IMG/VR virus record: IMGVR_UViG_2675903366_000007
Source: a virus
Taxonomy: Duplodnaviria; Heunggongvirae; Uroviricota; Caudoviricetes
Direction: 5' to 3' (one strand)
Length of the DNA: 16,884 nt
Part shown: piece after piece, positions 1-8,341 of the stretch
Position numbering within the stretch: the stretch's first letter is position 1
How the letters are laid out: each line of letters starts with the position of its first letter
Notes under the pieces: model-generated
The model's database searches: none
The model's input: only the letters and a program-made list of their open reading frames with translations
What the model was told of the DNA's origin: nothing
Translations under genes and position numbers: made by a program

Positions 1-461
1 CTGATCCGCGCCTCGTCGTTAGACGGGAACGTCACCAGGCTGACTTCCCAGAGGTCGATTTCTTTCAGCAGAAAGGCTTCTTTGCTCCGGTCGTATTCCC
101 AGTCTTTCAGGACGTACCCAATAGAAAGGCCGGTTAACGAACCGGCCTTCATGTGTGCATGTGCGCGTTTTGCGAGGGGATCATCATCAATGAGCAACCG
201 CCCCCTGACGTAAAGCCCGACATCGTCTTCCTTCATTTCGGTGTAAACACCGATGGGTTCATCCATGCGGTGCTGCCAGAGCAGCGCAGGTAACGCTTTT
301 CTGTCACTCCACGCCCGCAGGGAAGCAGCAAATGCCCCGGACATCACCACATCATCGTGGCTGTCCTTTACACCAAAGACGGAGCCATACCCTTCAAACT
401 CACCGGAGTCACTGACAGATTTCAGACTCAGCGGTACATCAAGACGTTGTTTCGTCTGCAT
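1..461 (-). CDS. Prohead (head maturation) protease, HK97-type; C-terminus runs off the window start
   Basis: Own translation of the minus strand from ATG 461..459: MQTKQRLDVPLSLKSVSDSGEFEGYGSVFGVKDSHDDVVMSGAF... SD-like AAGGA about 9 nt upstream. The SVFG..DSHDDVV..GAF pattern is typical of HK97-family prohead proteases, and the gene sits directly after portal. Absent from the ORF track because no stop lies inside the window. Confidence 0.75.
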   Translation of the reverse strand, partial: MQTKQRLDVPLSLKSVSDSGEFEGYGSVFGVKDSHDDVVMSGAFAASLRAWSDRKALPALLWQHRMDEPIGVYTEMKEDDVGLYVRGRLLIDDDPLAKRAHAHMKAGSLTGLSIGYVLKDWEYDRSKEAFLLKEIDLWEVSLVTFPSNDEARI

Positions 462-1680
462 TGGCGTTATCCTTCTGCTTACCGGCTTTACTGCCATCGG
501 AGGGTTTCGTGGTCATGTTCATCGGTGTGAGATAGACATCACCACCGGGACGCGGATTCATATCTTCCAGGTCGCGGCAGTCATTGGGAGAGTAAATTCC
601 CCAGTTGATCCCGGTAGCGTAGGCTTCAAAACGGGACTTCATATCCCCGCGCAGTAAGGCCCCGGCGTTAAATTTGGCGTAATAAACGCCCTGCTTACTT
701 TTTCGTACCAGTCCGGTGTTGATCCGCTGCTCAATGCGGGTCAGATACGGCACCAGTGAATAGTTGATAAATCCCAGCCCCAGCTCTTCGATATTGTTGA
801 AGGTGGCGCGATCGGTGTTCTGCACCATGTGCAATGGCACCCGGAACAGACGACAGATTTCTTCAAGCTGAAACTTGCGGGTTTCCAGGAACTGGCTGTC
901 CTCGGCGTTCAGCGCCATCGACTTCCAGTCCAGCCCCATCTCAAGGATCATCGGGCGGTGAGCATTGCCAAGCCCGGTGTGACGCTCCTCAAAATCTTTC
1001 TTCAGGCGCTCGTAAGCCTGATCTGACAGCGTCTGCTCTGTACGCAACACACCCGACGTCACCGCACCATTGCTGAACAGTCTGGCCCCGTGCTCTTCGG
1101 TCGCTGCCGCCAGCGATATTGCCTCGCGGGCATAGGCGATGGGATTCAGCCCCACCAGTCCGTCCAGCGTCAGCGTACGCACATGCCAGATATCCTCCTG
1201 GCTCAGTACATCCGTGGAGCCATCCGGAAATGTGACCTGATAGACCGGTTCCCAGCTACTGTTAAGCTTCGGTACCACACAGCCGGGATCGACGGGCAGC
1301 AGTTCAGCCACTTCGCCAAATGCTTTCACTTTGTAGGCGTAAAAGTTTCCCCTCAGGCACAGACAGGTGACCACCAGCTCCCAGAACTCCTGCGGCGTCA
1401 TATAGCCATTGGGATGCGTGGAGATCAGCTTATGCAGACGTTCGCCGGTGGCTCTCTGCTTCAGGCTACCGTTCAGGTGATACAGATTGCAGGGCAACAT
1501 CCCGACCGACTCTGCCAGCACTCTGACGCAGGAAAAAACCGCCGTCAGTCGCATGGCCCGCTGACTGCTGATCTGCTTTCCGGTATAGGTGTCATACGAC
1601 AGCCCGATGGCATCCGCCAGCTCTGCTGGCGTGGTCACCGGTGCGTCACTTTTTCGTTGAAATAATCCCGAAAAGAACAC
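439..1680 (-). CDS. Phage portal protein (HK97 family)
   Basis: 413-aa ORF with a portal-like sequence, placed between terminase and protease. GTG start at 1680 preceded by GGAGGT. Confidence 0.9.
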   Translation of the reverse strand: MFFSGLFQRKSDAPVTTPAELADAIGLSYDTYTGKQISSQRAMRLTAVFSCVRVLAESVGMLPCNLYHLNGSLKQRATGERLHKLISTHPNGYMTPQEFWELVVTCLCLRGNFYAYKVKAFGEVAELLPVDPGCVVPKLNSSWEPVYQVTFPDGSTDVLSQEDIWHVRTLTLDGLVGLNPIAYAREAISLAAATEEHGARLFSNGAVTSGVLRTEQTLSDQAYERLKKDFEERHTGLGNAHRPMILEMGLDWKSMALNAEDSQFLETRKFQLEEICRLFRVPLHMVQNTDRATFNNIEELGLGFINYSLVPYLTRIEQRINTGLVRKSKQGVYYAKFNAGALLRGDMKSRFEAYATGINWGIYSPNDCRDLEDMNPRPGGDVYLTPMNMTTKPSDGSKAGKQKDNANADETTS

Positions 1681-1862
1681 TATTTACCTCCGCCGACAGA
1701 CGACTGTGTACGGTCGAGATATCGCGCCACCAGCCACGACCAGAACAGGCACAGCGCCCCGGCAACAACAAAACCCGCCGGGGGATAAATCAGCCAGGCA
1801 CCATACGCCAGCAAAAGCGCACCCAGCACGCCCACCAGAGGCGCGAGAATCAGCATGATCAT
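1680..1862 (-). CDS. Small hydrophobic protein (60 aa, about two predicted TM segments), unknown function
   Basis: [70 protein letters not shown] about 6 nt upstream of the ATG. Its stop overlaps the portal start (TAGTG) and it lies 11 nt downstream of the TerL stop. Confidence 0.45.
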
Positions 1863-1873
1863 AATTACCTCAG

Positions 1874-3607
1874 TTAAAGCGAGCGGATCCCGTAGGACTC
1901 AATGTGATCAGACAGCGTGTCTTCTTTCTCGTACAGCATGGCTCTGCCAACCGCCATAATCAGCGCAACTGCACCATCGATTTTGTTTTCCGCCTGCTCC
2001 TTGACGGGCTTCACCACATCATCGTTACCCGGAATGGTTTTGCCGACCACGTTGCCGATACACCAGGTCATGATGGGATTGCCGTCATGATGAAAGCGCC
2101 CCGATTCAATCGCCGCTTCCAGCTCTTTCATCGGATCGGACATGTTGGTGTAGTTCTGAATGATGGTGACGGGGTTCAGGTCTTCATCAGCAAGGTCATG
2201 TGACAGCCCGGTCGCCCCGAAGGGGTCGATAGGTGACTCACTGACCGGGCTGATTTTGTTCGCCGCTTTGGCCTCTTCGAGGATGTAGCGATAATCCACC
2301 TCCGCACCATCGGTAACGGTCAGAACGCCCATTTTCACCCATTTCTGAAAGCGTTCGGCTGTCCGGCGATCTTCATTTTTCTCGACGCTGTACACCGTGT
2401 CATACGGTACCCAGAAACGCGGGGCCACACTGTAGTAATGCGTTTTACCGTCAATCTCGCGGGTATAAAGTCGCGCCATGCTGTTCATATCCAGCTTACG
2501 GGCCAGGTCAAAGGCCAGAATGCACGGCTGCCCCTCGAACTGCTCAAGGGTCAGTGATTTATCCTCGCAGCTCTGCCAGCTCACCAGGTTGAAATACGCC
2601 GAACGCGCCGACACCCAGATATTGAGGTGTTTTGTTTTAAAGACGTTTGCCAGACGGGCGTTATTTTTCGCACGCTGCTGCTGACTTAACAAAAATTCGC
2701 GATAAACCGACACGCCAATATTCGGGTTAGCTTTTTCCAGCACCTGCGGGTCGGTCCAGTCATCGCCTTCGTCAACGGTATAGATGATCCCGAACAGTTC
2801 ATCGTTGGGTACCGACCCGTTGAGCATCTCGATAACTTCCCGTCGCTTGTCGTAGCACGGCCCCTCAATGTTGTACCCGGCAGTAGTAATGGCCCACATC
2901 AGTGGCTGACGTCGCGCCCCCATCCCGGTAAGCATCGTGGTGTAAAGCGCATCGGTGGCGTGCTCGTGATATTCATCCACCACCGCACAGTGGGGTGATG
3001 AACCATCACCGGGGTTACCGATCAGCGGTTCAAACCGCGCGCCATCCTCCGGACGATTCATGTTTGAGGCGTTAACCTCAATCCCGAACGCTTCCGTCAG
3101 CATGGGTGTGCGTTTACACATCAGTCGCGCCGGGCGAAAGACTTCCCACGCCTGTTTCTCTGTCGTGGCACCGGAATACACTTCCGCGCCAAACTCGTTA
3201 TCACAGGCAAAACAATACAGGGCAACACCGGCAGAGATTGCCGATTTGCCGTTCTTACGGGGGATTTCGGTATACACCTCCCGGAAGCGGCGCAGCCGGG
3301 ACCCTTTATTGACCCAGCCAAACGCACAGCAGACCACAAATAGCTGCCACGGCTCCAGCGTGATGGGCATCCTCTTGAATGCCCACTCACCCTTGGTGTG
3401 CGGCAACAGCTGAATAAATTTGGCGGCCCGTTCAGCCAGGTCCTTGTCGAAGCGGTAACGAAACGACTTACTTTTTTCCGCCATCAGGTCATCAAGATGG
3501 CGCTGGCAGGCCTGAATCACAAACTGGCAGGCCACAATCTTTCCGCGCACAACATCACGGGCATACTGATTGGCAGCATTTACGTTGGGGTAAGATTTCC
3601 GGCTCAT
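1874..3607 (-). CDS. Terminase large subunit
   Basis: 577-aa ORF with typical terminase-large N- and C-terminal regions. Its ATG overlaps the TerS stop (ATGA). Confidence 0.92.
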
Positions 3608-4098
3608 GACTCGATGATTTTCAGAAACGGGTTAGTGGCTTTCTTCTGCCCCGCCAGGCCAATCAGACGCTGGCGGCTGCTGGGGTCGAGTCCGAGCATT
3701 GCCCCCGTGCTGCTCATCTCGGACTCCTGTTCTTTTTTGGCGGTCAGCTCCGGATTTTTGACCCTGCCGCCCATTGCACCGGTGATGGTGTTGCCCTGTA
3801 TGGCAATATTTTTCACGGCACGTCGCCAGAACTCATAGGCCACGCACCACCGCTCAAGCACCGCGAGGTCAGTCACGCACAACAGGCCCTGACCGCAGAG
3901 TTCTTTGGTTGTCAGTTGCCACATGATCGTGGCGAGAGGGAGATTTTCTTCTGCGAACCACTCCGGTGGCTCAACACCTTTGATGGGCGTAAAAACAGGT
4001 TCATCTTTATTCAGGGCTCGCTTGCCGGGGTTTCCGGCCAGCGCCTTGCGCGCCGTTGGCTTGGGGCGACGCCCGGAACGCCCCGCCGTTCCAGCCAT
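3604..4098 (-). CDS. Terminase small subunit (P27 family)
   Basis: Translation [36 protein letters not shown]... matches the characteristic P27-family TerS N-terminus. Start taken at ATG 4098 (AGGAG 8 nt upstream) rather than the track's GTG at 4107. Confidence 0.85.
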   Translation of the reverse strand: MAGTAGRSGRRPKPTARKALAGNPGKRALNKDEPVFTPIKGVEPPEWFAEENLPLATIMWQLTTKELCGQGLLCVTDLAVLERWCVAYEFWRRAVKNIAIQGNTITGAMGGRVKNPELTAKKEQESEMSSTGAMLGLDPSSRQRLIGLAGQKKATNPFLKIIES

Positions 4099-4224
4099 AT
4101 GCGGCACTCCTGGTTAAATTTCATTTTTCGCGGGTATAAAAAAACGATGGGGCGGGCAGTCCGGAAGACGTCAGGTCACAGGGATTTGACCCGCCCCTCC
4201 CCCACATACAGTTGAGAATTATTA
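4099..4224. other. Putative cos / packaging-site region between the HNH endonuclease and TerS
   Basis: 126-bp non-coding interval in the position cos occupies in HK97-like genomes. Contains a GC-rich imperfect inverted repeat, GGGGCGGG at 4149..4156 and CCCGCCCC at 4190..4197, flanking a GACGTC palindrome. The exact nick sites cannot be determined from sequence. Confidence 0.3.
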
Positions 4225-4575
4225 TCACTTTAACCGTTCACGGGCCGTCTTCGCCTTATGGCAGGGCCAGCACAGACTCTGCAGATTACTGTCGGCATCA
4301 GTGCCACCATGCGCTTTAGGAACGATGTGGTCAACGGTTTTCGCCTCACGCACCACACCAGCATGCAGACATGACTGACATAAACCTTTGTCACGCTTCA
4401 GGACGCGCTCGCGGATACCGTCCCACTTCGAACCATAACCGCGCTGATGACGAGACTGGCCCGGCTTGTATTGCTTCCAGCCTTCGCCTTTGTGGCTTTC
4501 GCAATAGCCTGACGGGTCTGTGGTTGTAGAGTGGCAGCCGCGAACACGGCAGGCTTTTGGGATTCGTGGGGGCAT
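4225..4575 (-). CDS. HNH endonuclease (terminase-associated, HK97 gp74-like)
   Basis: 116-aa product MPPRIPKACRVRGCHSTTTDPSGYCESHKGEGW...CQSCLHAGVVREAKTVDHIVPKAHGGTDADSNLQSLCWPCHKAKT with Cys-rich and HNH motifs. Start taken at ATG 4575 (GGAG 5-6 nt upstream); the track's longer ORF begins at an upstream TTG. Confidence 0.85.
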   Translation of the reverse strand: MPPRIPKACRVRGCHSTTTDPSGYCESHKGEGWKQYKPGQSRHQRGYGSKWDGIRERVLKRDKGLCQSCLHAGVVREAKTVDHIVPKAHGGTDADSNLQSLCWPCHKAKTARERLK

Positions 4576-5086
4576 ATGTACTCCAATGAAGAAGCCACCG
4601 ACATAGCCTCCTCCATTCATAGTGAAACTATTTTCATCTACCCAGTAATGAATTCTTTGAAGAGTCGAGATCAATACAACTCACTAATGGGGAGGCTTGT
4701 CTCACACGTGAAACAAGCCTCCTGTTTGATTTACTGGACAGTATAGGACTGCAGAATGCCTTCCTCACTCGAATAACATCAATTAAGGAGGTTTAACACG
4801 GGTCAGTAGTGGTATTGCGGCAGCCGCGAACGCGGCAGACTTTCGGGATTCGTGGGGGCATATGTACTCCAATGAAGAAACCAGCGAAATAGCCGCCTTC
4901 ATTCGTAGTAAACCTTCTTCATCTACGCAGTAATTAATTCTTTGAAGAGTCGAGATCAATACAACTCACTGATAGGAGAGGTTTGTCCAACACGTTGGAC
5001 AAGCCTCCCGTTTGATTTACTTGACACTATAGAAGGACAGAATGCCTTCCTCACTCGAATAACATCAATTAAGGAGGTTCAACATG
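4512..5086. repeat. Head-to-tail tandem duplication, two ~286-bp units (about 4512..4797 and 4798..5086), roughly 85-90% identical by eye
   Basis: Direct alignment of the two units at a 286-nt offset, for example acgggtc at 4512 and 4798 and gggggcatatgtactccaatgaagaa at 4569 and 4855. Each unit carries the HNH start codon region, a long hairpin and an AAGGAGGT motif. Confidence 0.75.
4793..4861 (-). pseudogene. Truncated duplicate of the HNH endonuclease 5' end (22 codons, then stop)
   Basis: The minus strand from ATG 4861 reads MPPRIPKVCRVRGCRNTTTDPC then TAA. This parallels the first 21 codons of the intact HNH gene, which starts 286 bp away at 4575. Confidence 0.6.
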
Positions 5087-5153
5087 TTTCATTCCACAAG
5101 TCATCAGTCTGTAATTATGGTAGCATCAGTTTGTGCCACATACCTTTTCCGCT

Positions 5154-5429
5154 TCACTTTGAGTATGATTCATTTCTACCTGACCGGTTCGCCTCTATCT
5201 TTCTAATCCCCGCTTTGTCAATATTGCATTGTCCCAACGCTGACAACAGACTCACATTCAACTCCAGACTGGCACCATACGTCAGCGGATTGGGTATAAA
5301 CGGTACAGGAGTATCAGAAGTCAGGCTGGCTGGCAGTGGTGCCACCGGAGTGCTCACGTAAACTGTCCGCGTACTTCCGCAACCGATCAGCAGCGGCAAC
5401 AGGCACAGGACGTGAAGCACAGTCATCAT
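5154..5429 (-). CDS. Rz1-like o-spanin (outer-membrane lipoprotein), overlapping Rz in another frame
   Basis: MMTVLHVLCLLPLLIGCGSTRTVYVSTPVAPLPASLTSDTPVPFIPNPL...: signal peptide with lipobox LIGC followed by a Pro-rich mature region. Starts inside Rz and extends past the Rz stop. The C-terminal extent is uncertain. Confidence 0.5.
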   Translation of the reverse strand: MMTVLHVLCLLPLLIGCGSTRTVYVSTPVAPLPASLTSDTPVPFIPNPLTYGASLELNVSLLSALGQCNIDKAGIRKIEANRSGRNESYSK

Positions 5430-5706
5430 CCGCAATGACCATTTTGATATCTTCCTGGGTTCTCTGTGACTCCAGTGCGATCTGCTGTTTTGCATGCTGG
5501 TTAGCCTCCAGAACTGTATTGAAGATTTGTAGTGATTGCAGGACGTTATTGGTAATGGCTGTTGCTGATTCAGCATTTCGTACAGTCTCATCAGCACGTT
5601 TCTTTTCGCGCTGATATTTGCTGTAGTAGTGGTTGGCAGACCAGATGAAAGAACCGATGACGGTAAAGAAGAATGCAGCGATAACCAGCTTATAGCTCAA
5701 CTTCAT
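5314..5706 (-). CDS. Rz-like i-spanin
   Basis: 130-aa ORF with an N-terminal TM segment (LVIAAFFFTVIGSFIWSA) and a charged, probably coiled-coil periplasmic part. Directly downstream of the lysozyme gene and overlapping its 3' end. Confidence 0.65.
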   Translation of the reverse strand: MKLSYKLVIAAFFFTVIGSFIWSANHYYSKYQREKKRADETVRNAESATAITNNVLQSLQIFNTVLEANQHAKQQIALESQRTQEDIKMVIADDDCASRPVPVAAADRLRKYADSLREHSGGTTASQPDF

Positions 5707-6166
5707 TTACCACCCCACCAGCCTCTTTAAACCGGGAAATCAGGTCACCGATTTTATGTTCATACTGACCGTAACCTGCACCAGGTAGCGACGCCCAGAT
5801 ATTGCTGCAACGGTCGATAGCCTGACGGATATCACCGCGATCAATCATCGTTAAAGCGCCACGCTCTTTAATCTGCTGTAATGCCACGGAGTCCTGGCTT
5901 CTGGGAGAGAAGTCTTTCAGCCCTAGCTGCTTGCGGTAGGCATCCCACCAACGGGAAAGAAGCTGGTAACGTCCGGCGGCTGTTGATTTGAGTTTCGGGT
6001 TTAGCGTGACAAGTTTGCGAGGATGATCGGAGTAATCAGTAAACAGTTCACCACCGACAATAACGTCATAACCGTGGTTACGTGTCGGTTGTCGCCCGTT
6101 ATCCGTTCCTTCTGACCATGCCACCATATCGAGGAAAGCTTTACGCTGGGAATTTAGTGCCTGCAT
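5690..6166 (-). CDS. R: Endolysin, lambda R-type lytic transglycosylase
   Basis: MQALNSQRKAFLDMVAWSEGTDNGRQPTRNHGYDVIVGGELFTDYSDHPRKLVTLNPKLKSTAAGRYQLLSRWWDAYRKQLGLKDF... is near-identical in my recollection to phage lambda R. Confidence 0.9.
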   Translation of the reverse strand: MQALNSQRKAFLDMVAWSEGTDNGRQPTRNHGYDVIVGGELFTDYSDHPRKLVTLNPKLKSTAAGRYQLLSRWWDAYRKQLGLKDFSPRSQDSVALQQIKERGALTMIDRGDIRQAIDRCSNIWASLPGAGYGQYEHKIGDLISRFKEAGGVVNEVEL

Positions 6167-6169
6167 AAA

Positions 6170-6496
6170 TTACTCCTTCGTGCTACCAAATTTGTTACCG
6201 ATTACTCGCATTGCAGCCCCACGAATAGCATCGACACCGATCAGCCCAACACCGCCACCAATGGCTACAGAAAGCGATTTAGGCCATCCGACATACTCAA
6301 GAGCGGATGCAAAGGTCAGCGTCAAAGCGCCACAGAGCAAAATCTCGAGCGTTTTTCGCTTCCAGCCACCACCACCGCCAAAATAGGCAATGCGCAAGCC
6401 AGCCATAACGATCGACATAATCACTGCGCCCAGCGGTGTGTCTCCACGCCACCAGCTCTGGACCAACTCCAGCCAGGTATTTGGGTTATGAGGCAT
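6170..6496 (-). CDS. Holin, lambda S-like (three TM segments)
   Basis: 108-aa ORF with three hydrophobic segments and a charged C-terminus, directly upstream of the lysozyme gene. The Gly-rich loop plus KRK motif resembles lambda S. Confidence 0.8.
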   Translation of the reverse strand: MPHNPNTWLELVQSWWRGDTPLGAVIMSIVMAGLRIAYFGGGGGWKRKTLEILLCGALTLTFASALEYVGWPKSLSVAIGGGVGLIGVDAIRGAAMRVIGNKFGSTKE

Positions 6497-6648
6497 TTGT
6501 AGTTATCTCTCACCTCGCCGATACAGGAGGTGCAAATTGAGGGAGTACCACGAACCGCAAATCAGAAGCGGAAACGTAAAAGAAGCCGAGCCAATGGATA
6601 AGTACTAGATAGACCAAGCCCAACGAATACCAAGGCCCAGAAACGACA

Positions 6649-6670
6649 AAACCCGCTCAATGGCGGGTTT
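6649..6670 (-). terminator. Candidate intrinsic terminator upstream of holin (tR'-like position) on the late strand
   Basis: Inverted repeat AAACCCGC (6649..6656) and GCGGGTTT (6663..6670) with a 6-nt loop. On the minus-strand RNA the stem is followed by UUUUGUCGUUUCU. Confidence 0.4.
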
Positions 6671-6715
6671 AAGCTGTGTGGCGAAGTAACCACTCTTAAC
6701 ACGATACAATAATTT

Positions 6716-6744
6716 TTGCGTACGCGTTAGCGCTTTTGTATATT
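6716..6744 (+). promoter_or_regulatory. Candidate sigma70 promoter for the plus-strand cargo cassette
   Basis: TTGCGT (6716..6721), 17-bp spacer, TATATT (6739..6744), about 30 nt upstream of ATG 6778. Confidence 0.3.
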
Positions 6745-6777
6745 CAGCTTAATCCTATGTATTTATGGAAAAATAAG

Positions 6778-7809
6778 ATGAGCAAGCGTGAAATCAAAAC
6801 TAAAAAAATAATCTATAAAGAAGTCACAATGTCAGGTGTGTCAAAGACGCTCCAGTCGATGCTAATGGAGCTGCTCAAAAAACACACTAAAGCAGATTCT
6901 CGCAAGGAAATGGTCAACCCAGGAGAGGAAGACTTATTCCGATTAATTAATAAACATGAAGAGTTCCAGGGAATGCTGTTTTGCCAGCTTGTTGCCTTCG
7001 AACCAGGCCATTCTCAACGCTATATACAGCTTAAAAATGATGCTGAATCTTATGAAATAAGATCCGTAACATCAGATGAACTTTCTAAAATGACTGTTGA
7101 AGAAGCTGAAGAAGCACGCACAGAGAGGGAACAGGTTGTGCGTGAGTTTATAGATTCAATTCTTTATTTCGGTGTATTTGGTAACAGCATCGTAGTAATG
7201 CAATCCAGATCTCTTACAACAAGAGAACTTGAAACACATCTGAAATGGTTACTTGGCTCTTTAAGCAATTACTTAGGCGCAGAAAACATCTTAAAAGTTT
7301 CCGATAAGCCCAAAGAAGAGATCATTGAGGAAGTTCTAAAACGACCTGTAAAATCAGTTTCTATAGGTGCCCCTGTAACTGCCGTTAACGAATTTAGTCA
7401 AGGAAGCAAAAGCCCAGGCTGGGTTCCCGCAGGAACTGCCTCTGAACTCCTTAAAGCTATGTTAGCAGAGAAATGGGAAAGCTTCTTACGTAGTAGCAAG
7501 CTTGAAGATTGTCTTGATGACGCTAATCTTGAAGTAACGCTGAAAATCACATACAAGAGGAAAACTTCTGATTCAGGAGAAAGGATGTTAAGAAATCTTG
7601 TTGACGCTACCAGACACTACCCGGATGATGACGTCGTTGTTGAAATGGTTGGTGGGACGCGTTTAACTGGTAAAGAGATTCGTTTATGGAATACTGTTAA
7701 ACTCACAACTTACAATAGCTTAATTGATGAACATGAACTATATGGCCAAATGCATGATTGGATGGTCGCTCTGATCAACAATGGAGAAATAGAAGAGACC
7801 GATGAATAG
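6778..7809 (+). CDS. Hypothetical soluble protein (~343 aa), cargo gene A; no family recognised
   Basis: Long uninterrupted ORF in an AT-rich block on the strand opposite all flanking phage genes. Start taken at ATG 6778 (MSKREIKTKK...); in-frame alternatives are ATG 6757 and the track's TTG 6736, which lies inside the putative promoter. Charged and largely hydrophilic, with no P-loop, HTH or nuclease motif that I can recognise. Confidence 0.7.
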   Translation: MSKREIKTKKIIYKEVTMSGVSKTLQSMLMELLKKHTKADSRKEMVNPGEEDLFRLINKHEEFQGMLFCQLVAFEPGHSQRYIQLKNDAESYEIRSVTSDELSKMTVEEAEEARTEREQVVREFIDSILYFGVFGNSIVVMQSRSLTTRELETHLKWLLGSLSNYLGAENILKVSDKPKEEIIEEVLKRPVKSVSIGAPVTAVNEFSQGSKSPGWVPAGTASELLKAMLAEKWESFLRSSKLEDCLDDANLEVTLKITYKRKTSDSGERMLRNLVDATRHYPDDDVVVEMVGGTRLTGKEIRLWNTVKLTTYNSLIDEHELYGQMHDWMVALINNGEIEETDE

Positions 7810-8341
7810 AGAGGCTGCTAAGTGCATATCCTACCAACAACCAAGTAGAGCATTCCACTTGGTTGTTGTAGTATTGCTTATGTCTACAGCCTGGTTTATC
7901 GCCAATAAGTACATCATTTTAACATCCATTCCTTGGGGCGTATTAACTATCCTCATCTTACCAATTGCAAGTAGCGCAACCCTGTTTCATAAGTTATCTG
8001 AAACCCAAAAAAACGTTGCTGAGGATTTATCTCGCAATGAACAAAGAAGGTTAACAAGGCTTATTAAAGAAAAAAGCCGGGCAACATTATTCATGCTTAC
8101 GCTACAAATTTCGATAATAATTTTTGTGGCATTGATTAGCCTTGGCAATGAGTCCTCTTTTGTTCAACAGCACATTCATACTATAAGTAAATTCGTTGTT
8201 TGTGCTTTGGTTTTTTCACTATACTCATTAATCCCTGTTTTACTAGGAGTAAAGGAAGTCATTGATTTTGAAGGGTTAATAAAAACACGAAAAACATTAA
8301 ATAAGCGTAAAAAATCTGCATTATCCAAGCTTGGGAAGTAA
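7802..8341 (+). CDS. Hypothetical integral membrane protein (~179 aa, four predicted TM segments), cargo gene B
   Basis: ATG 7802 overlaps the last codons of gene A by 8 nt, suggesting translational coupling. Four hydrophobic stretches: FHLVVVVLLMSTAWFIANKYIIL, IPWGVLTILILPIASSATLF, TLFMLTLQISIIIFVALISLG, ISKFVVCALVFSLYSLIPVLLGV. Lys-rich C-terminal tail. Confidence 0.7.
   Translation: MNREAAKCISYQQPSRAFHLVVVVLLMSTAWFIANKYIILTSIPWGVLTILILPIASSATLFHKLSETQKNVAEDLSRNEQRRLTRLIKEKSRATLFMLTLQISIIIFVALISLGNESSFVQQHIHTISKFVVCALVFSLYSLIPVLLGVKEVIDFEGLIKTRKTLNKRKKSALSKLGK

Noticed and set aside
253-1665. Plus-strand ORFs 253..657, 829..1026, 834..1076 and 1090..1665
   Set aside because: They lie antisense within the protease and portal genes, have no SDs and have Arg/Pro/Gly-rich composition typical of antisense frames of GC-rich coding sequence.
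1904-3413. Short ORFs inside or antisense to the terminase large subunit gene (1904..2203, 2478..2684, 2686..2868, 3060..3413, 3106..3312, 3121..3390)
   Set aside because: They are fully embedded in a confidently called 577-aa terminase ORF and have no independent signals.
3398-4215. Plus-strand ORFs 3398..3838, 3905..4117 and 3916..4215 overlapping TerS/TerL
   Set aside because: Antisense shadows of the terminase genes.
4398-4746. ORFs 4398..4616 (-) and 4531..4746 (+), and the N-terminal extension of the HNH ORF to 4674
   Set aside because: These are alternative frames or extensions across the HNH gene and repeat copy A. The HNH start at ATG 4575 has the SD; the extension begins at a TTG.
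4512-5086. Possibility that the repeats are a CRISPR array or a transposon terminal repeat
   Set aside because: Only two long (286-bp) head-to-tail units with no spacer structure, and no transposase or inverted terminal repeats nearby.
4942-5361. 139-aa plus-strand ORF across repeat copy B and the Rz1 3' end
   Set aside because: No SD; it runs through the repeat and then antisense to Rz1, and its frame differs from the SD-linked ATG at 5084.
6180-6386. Plus-strand ORF 6180..6386 inside the holin gene
   Set aside because: Antisense to a well-supported holin ORF.
6497-6735. tRNA gene in the Q-holin interval, as found in Stx phages
   Set aside because: I scanned both strands for a T-arm (GTTC-R-A-N-Y-C) and acceptor-stem pattern and found none.
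6778-8341. Assigning the cargo cassette outright to RexAB or to Kiwa
   Set aside because: The similarity to RexAB is in architecture and size only, and the gene order is the reverse of Kiwa. Without a profile search I cannot support a family assignment, so it is reported as a hypothesis only.
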